From Naegleria gruberi (taxonomy: Eukaryota), in NCBI GenBank assembly GCA_000004985.1, contig GG739262.1: a stretch of 2,432 bases of DNA; one strand, given 5' to 3'. The notes below the pieces were generated by a model that saw nothing but the letters and a program-made list of their open reading frames with translations, searched no databases and was not told where the DNA came from. This document shows positions 1 to 2,432 of this stretch, one piece after another. How positions within the stretch are numbered: the stretch's first letter is position 1; each line of letters opens with the position of its first letter. The position numbers and the translations under genes are program-made.

Positions 1-81
1 AATTGGAAGAAACTACTGAACAATATCGTCAATGTGTTTCCAAATGGAGTGAAAAGTGTTAACCATACACAAAAACTGTAA
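1..81 (+). CDS. Possible 3' end of an upstream protein-coding gene running off the left edge (…NWKKLLNNIVNVFPNGVKSVNHTQKL*)
   Basis: Frame 1 is open from base 1 to a TAA at 79-81. GC content (~32%) matches the coding regions rather than the ~19% GC spacer that follows (82-143). Only 26 codons, so statistically weak (chance of no stop ~0.09 in this composition). Confidence 0.2.
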   Translation, partial: NWKKLLNNIVNVFPNGVKSVNHTQKL

Positions 82-108
82 AAGAATAAGAGCTTGTTTT
101 TGTAGGTT

Positions 109-120
109 GTATTATTTATG
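109..120 (+). promoter_or_regulatory. TATA-like upstream element (GTATTATTTATG) at about -35 to -25 relative to the 5S rRNA +1
   Basis: Seen in sequence. Upstream TATA-like elements at about -30 are known for 5S/Pol III genes in fungi, insects and several protists. Position is consistent but the motif is low-complexity in AT-rich DNA. Confidence 0.3.
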
Positions 121-143
121 ATTAAGATTTTTATTAATTGAAT

Positions 144-263
144 GGCTACGGCCATATCACGATGAATGCACCTCATCCCGTCCGATTTGAGAAGTTAAGC
201 ATCGTCGAGCCACATCAGTATTGAGGTTGGAGACAAATTGGGAACTGTGGTGCTGTAGTCTTT
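144..263 (+). rRNA. 5S ribosomal RNA gene (eukaryotic nuclear type, about 120 nt)
   Basis: GGCTACGGCCATATCACGATGAATGCACCTCATCCCGTCCGATTTGAGAAGTTAAGCATCGTCGAGCC…GGTTGGAGACAAATTGGGAAC…GGTGCTGTAGTCTT aligns without gaps, position by position, to vertebrate and yeast 5S rRNA. Shared blocks include GGCCATA(C/T)C, CCCGTCCGAT, AAGTTAAGC, GAGCC, TGGGAGAC/TTGGAGAC and TGGGAA. The 5' GGCUACGG pairs with the 3' CUGUAGUC to form helix I (8 bp, 2 G·U). The gene ends directly in a T-run. Confidence 0.9.
193..240 (+). promoter_or_regulatory. 5S internal control region (box A about 193-207, intermediate element, box C about 223-240) for TFIIIA/TFIIIC
   Basis: Placed by ungapped alignment to Xenopus somatic 5S numbering (box A at +50-64, box C at +80-97). 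Box C GAGGTTGGAGACAAATTG corresponds to TGGATGGGAGACCGCCTG. Established knowledge of Pol III type-1 promoters. Confidence 0.5.
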
Positions 264-277
264 TTGTTTTACGTTTT
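260..277 (+). terminator. RNA polymerase III terminator: T5 (261-265) followed by back-up T4 runs (267-270, 274-277)
   Basis: CTTTTTGTTTTACGTTTT lies immediately at the 3' end of the 5S sequence. Runs of four or more T are the canonical Pol III termination signal. Confidence 0.8.
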
Positions 278-599
278 ATTACTAACTGTACCATTCTATT
301 TACATGGTTGTGAGTTGCATATTTCCACAATATTGAAAGAGCTATCCTGTGTAACCTTACTCATTGACTGGTCCATTCTAGTTCTATATCCTTTTACCAC
401 ACAGTGAATGCAAACAATTCTTTTATTTTCTATTTAGAGACATTTTCATTACAAGATTCAAATTGATTAGTTAATGTTAACAATTCTTAATGGTAGAGAC
501 ATCAACCATTCCCTAGGATTCTATTCTTTGTGATTAATATTGCAAATAAAGATATATTGAAAAAGAATTGATGTGATTAATTCAGGCGTGTTGGAACCA

Positions 600-615
600 C
601 CAACCAATTGGTTGG
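600..615. repeat. 16-bp perfect palindrome CCAACCAATTGGTTGG (overlapping inverted CCAAT boxes) inside a 49% GC island (about 581-660)
   Basis: Seen in sequence: identical to its own reverse complement. The symmetry breaks at 599/616. Lies about 85-100 bp upstream of the ORF1 ATG. Confidence 0.6.
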
Positions 616-669
616 GAGATGAAAGGTTTCGCATAAAGGCTGCAAGAATGATGCTGGCCTTTACAATAA

Positions 670-690
670 GCATATTTAAATAAATAATAC
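670..690 (+). promoter_or_regulatory. TATA-like core promoter element GCATATTTAAATAAATAAT, 8-28 bp upstream of the ORF1 ATG
   Basis: TATTTAAA at 674-681. A very short leader is implied. The same GCATATTTAAA 11-mer occurs on the minus strand upstream of the HMG-box ORF (2389-2379). Confidence 0.4.
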
Positions 691-697
691 TCTTATT

Positions 698-1714
698 ATG
701 AAACTCAGAGTTTCTTCTTCAAAACTTAGAACATTGCAGAACTTTGTAAAAAAAATGCAAGACGATTGTTCAGAGTGTTGTGTGATTATTTCTCTCATTG
801 ATCACAATCCTTCCCTACAGCAGCACGATGCCCTGTTCGACAAATTTAAAATTCATATGAGAAGTTATCGGAATCGTGTACCATTTTCAATGAAGTTTGA
901 AGAGATTAATAGTATCACGTCGATCGAACATAAATTTCACTATCCTTCCCATGCCAAGGTTTCTCACTCACACAATTGTTTGTGTATCTCTTCAAATTCT
1001 GCAGTGAAATTTTTTGATTTGACTAATCATGAATATTTGGGCGCCTTTTTTGTTGAAGGAGGAGTGACTTGCTTGTTAATTGAAGAGAATTTTGATCATC
1101 AACAAAATGATGCTATTTATTTTGGAGAGAATATGTATACTTTTAAATATAGAGTGAAGGATTTAATGAGATTAGGATCAAGTGCTGATTGTATTTGGAA
1201 AATTGAAAGAAATCATTTGTATGGAATGGCAATTAGAACGATTGGAAATCAGAAACAATTATTCAGATTTAGTGATTCTAAAGGAGCTATGGATATAATA
1301 GATACTGTGAATGGAAAGGTCATTAAAGAGTTGAAACTTGAAAAAATCAAAACAGTGACGGATATTATTTTCATCAATCCAAAAAGAATGCTTGTTGCTG
1401 AACTTTTTTATAATACATGTTTTATTTATGATGAAATGAACGAAAATGAATGGAAATTGATACATACAATTGAAGAGGCAGAGAATATTCATTTTAGTCA
1501 ACCATTAGGATTGGCGATTGACAGAAAAGGAGGGAAAATATTTCTTTCAGATTATGACAATAAGAGAATTGTTGTATTTAATGAGAGTTTAGACTTGCTT
1601 TCTTGTCATTATCCATTGAAATCTCTGAATCCATATGGTCTTGATTTTGATGAACGAACAGGATTACTCTATATTACTGATCAACAAGATCACTCCATTA
1701 GAATATTTAAATAG
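698..1714 (+). CDS. NHL-repeat (beta-propeller) domain protein, 338 aa, intronless
   Basis: ATG at 698 is preceded by an in-frame TAA four codons upstream. The frame is open for 338 codons and ends in TAG at 1712-1714. The C-terminal half carries NHL-type blades: PLGLAIDRKGGKIFLSDYDNKRIVVFNE and PYGLDFDERTGLLYITDQQDHSIRIF match the NHL consensus (G-a-a-d-x-x-G-x-hyd-hyd-V-x-D-x-x-N-x-R-I-x-x-F). Earlier segments (NDAIYFGENMYTFKYRV, AMDIIDTVNGKVIKEL, VTDIIFINPKRMLVAELFYNTCFIYD) look like further blades. Alternative start at Met20 (ATG 755-757, preceded by an A8 run). Confidence 0.75.
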   Translation: MKLRVSSSKLRTLQNFVKKMQDDCSECCVIISLIDHNPSLQQHDALFDKFKIHMRSYRNRVPFSMKFEEINSITSIEHKFHYPSHAKVSHSHNCLCISSNSAVKFFDLTNHEYLGAFFVEGGVTCLLIEENFDHQQNDAIYFGENMYTFKYRVKDLMRLGSSADCIWKIERNHLYGMAIRTIGNQKQLFRFSDSKGAMDIIDTVNGKVIKELKLEKIKTVTDIIFINPKRMLVAELFYNTCFIYDEMNENEWKLIHTIEEAENIHFSQPLGLAIDRKGGKIFLSDYDNKRIVVFNESLDLLSCHYPLKSLNPYGLDFDERTGLLYITDQQDHSIRIFK

Positions 1715-1759
1715 ATATGCCAATTTATTGGATCAATAATGTTAATTCTTGCCATCCTC

Positions 1760-2416
1760 TTATTCACTAACATTTTCATCTAATCCACTAATACAATAAA
1801 TGAATTCTTCTTTTTGTTTTTGATATTTCAATTTTTCTTGAATTGCTTGTTCAACATAAATTTGCTTTTCATTATCATCCATTTCTTTCCAAATGTGTGC
1901 CATTTTTTTAATAATATCCATATTAGTTATTGTAGGATTTTCTTGTTTAATTTTTTCTCTTTCACTCCTGACAAACATCATGAATTCTGTTAGTGGCCTT
2001 TTAATTAGTAGTTTCTTCTTTTTTTCTACTAATTTTGGAAATAATCCACACATTACATCACACAACACTTGTTGGTCTTGTTTTTTGTCAAGTTGTGGAA
2101 GGACTTTAGTGATCCTTTCCTTGTCAAATCCAAATTTAATATTGTTCATAATCTCAATGTTGTCAAGAATTAATCTTTTACGAATGGATCTTAATACATA
2201 TGGTATTCCATCATCATTAAAAAATAACATTGTCTTTTCATTGATTTCAAATATATTACTGGATAATAATTTTGATAGTTTCCACTTTTTCAATAAATTA
2301 TTTAATTTAAATACTTTTGAATCATCTAATGGTTTTAATAATGATTCAGTTACACTCCAAATTGCAGAATCAATATCTTTTAAATATGCAATTAGTGTTA
2401 GAAATCGTTGTAAAAA
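1760..2416 (-). CDS. HMG-box DNA-binding protein. Open frame 1760-2416 with unresolved start (the track's start at 2293 is a TTG; the first in-frame ATG is at 2230-2228)
   Basis: The C-terminal KRPLTEFMMFVRSEREKIKQENPTITNMDIIKKMAHIWKEMDDNEKQIYVEQAIQEKLKYQKQKEEF is a canonical HMG box (KRP…F…R…NP…I.K.…WK.…EK..Y…A…K..Y). Stop TAA at 1762-1760. Own minus-strand translation shows the frame stays open 41 codons beyond 2293 (FLQRFLTLIAYLKDIDSAIWSVTESLLKPLDDSKVFKLNNL-) to an in-frame TAA at 2419-2417, with no ATG in that stretch. Confidence 0.75.
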   Translation of the reverse strand, partial: FLQRFLTLIAYLKDIDSAIWSVTESLLKPLDDSKVFKLNNLLKKWKLSKLLSSNIFEINEKTMLFFNDDGIPYVLRSIRKRLILDNIEIMNNIKFGFDKERITKVLPQLDKKQDQQVLCDVMCGLFPKLVEKKKKLLIKRPLTEFMMFVRSEREKIKQENPTITNMDIIKKMAHIWKEMDDNEKQIYVEQAIQEKLKYQKQKEEFIYCISGLDENVSE

Positions 2417-2432
2417 TTATTTTTCCAATTTA

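Noticed and set aside
413-488. 10-bp direct repeat AACAATTCTT (413-422 and 479-488) and recurring CCATTCT/CCATTCC motifs (291-297, 374-380, 499-505) in the 5S-ORF1 spacer
   Set aside because: Short, few copies and composed of the dominant bases. Consistent with chance in ~22% GC spacer. No tandem periodicity, and no terminal inverted repeats or target-site duplication to suggest a mobile element.
562-571. AAAGAATTGA resembling the mimivirus early promoter AAAATTGA
   Set aside because: One mismatch, 125 bp or more from the ATG, and the presence of a bona fide 5S rRNA gene argues against a giant-virus origin. Chance match in AT-rich DNA.
270-600. Spliced-leader or snRNA gene linked to the 5S gene, as in kinetoplastids, nematodes and euglenids
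   Set aside because: No Sm-site (RAUUUUUGR) or SL-like exon/intron junction could be found on either strand in the spacer.
575-665. Possible tRNA or other structured small RNA in the GC-rich island
   Set aside because: No acceptor-stem/T-arm cloverleaf can be drawn (no GTTCRA T-loop, no D-loop motif), and there is no Pol III T-run of four or more at its end. It is kept only as an alternative explanation inside the palindrome finding.
1259-1501. 80-aa minus-strand ORF from the six-frame track
   Set aside because: Lies entirely inside ORF1 and antisense to it. Low-complexity, AT-codon-driven sequence (runs of F/I/N/K) with no domain signal. Such shadow ORFs are expected by chance opposite a real gene in AT-rich DNA.
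2291-2293. Track-called start codon of the HMG ORF
   Set aside because: The codon is TTG, not ATG, which is not a credible initiator for a eukaryotic nuclear gene. I report the full open frame and flag the start as unresolved instead.
2294-2326. Candidate 30-nt GT…AG mini-intron (minus strand GTATTTAAATTAAATAATTTATTGAAAAAG) in the HMG upstream frame
   Set aside because: Its length is a multiple of 3 and it contains no stop, so removing it changes nothing about the frame problem. There is no branch-point or polypyrimidine support. GT…AG pairs are abundant by chance.

Overview
AT-rich (~30% GC), gene-dense window that reads as a compact eukaryotic nuclear locus with three genes. (1) A eukaryote-type 5S rRNA gene on the + strand at about 144-263. 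It keeps the box A and box C internal control regions, has a TATA-like element near -30, and ends in a T5/T4 RNA polymerase III terminator. (2) An intronless 338-aa ORF (698-1714, +) whose C-terminal two-thirds is a run of NHL-type beta-propeller blades. (3) A convergent minus-strand ORF (stop at 1760, open frame up to 2416) with a clear C-terminal HMG-box DNA-binding domain and an unrecognised N-terminal region. The two protein genes lie tail-to-tail with only 45 bp between their stop codons. The 5S gene sits 435 bp upstream of ORF1. The supplied ORF track calls a TTG as the HMG gene's start, which a eukaryote would not use. The true 5' end is unresolved: the frame stays open for another 41 codons with no ATG. 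Non-coding signals are a 16-bp perfect palindrome CCAACCAATTGGTTGG (inverted CCAAT boxes) inside a locally GC-rich island upstream of ORF1, and a shared GCATATTTAAA TATA-like motif upstream of both protein genes. There are no CRISPR arrays, tRNAs, transposons or tandem repeat arrays. Taxon assignment (AT-rich, intron-poor protist or fungus-like eukaryote, fungal-like 5S) is inference only.
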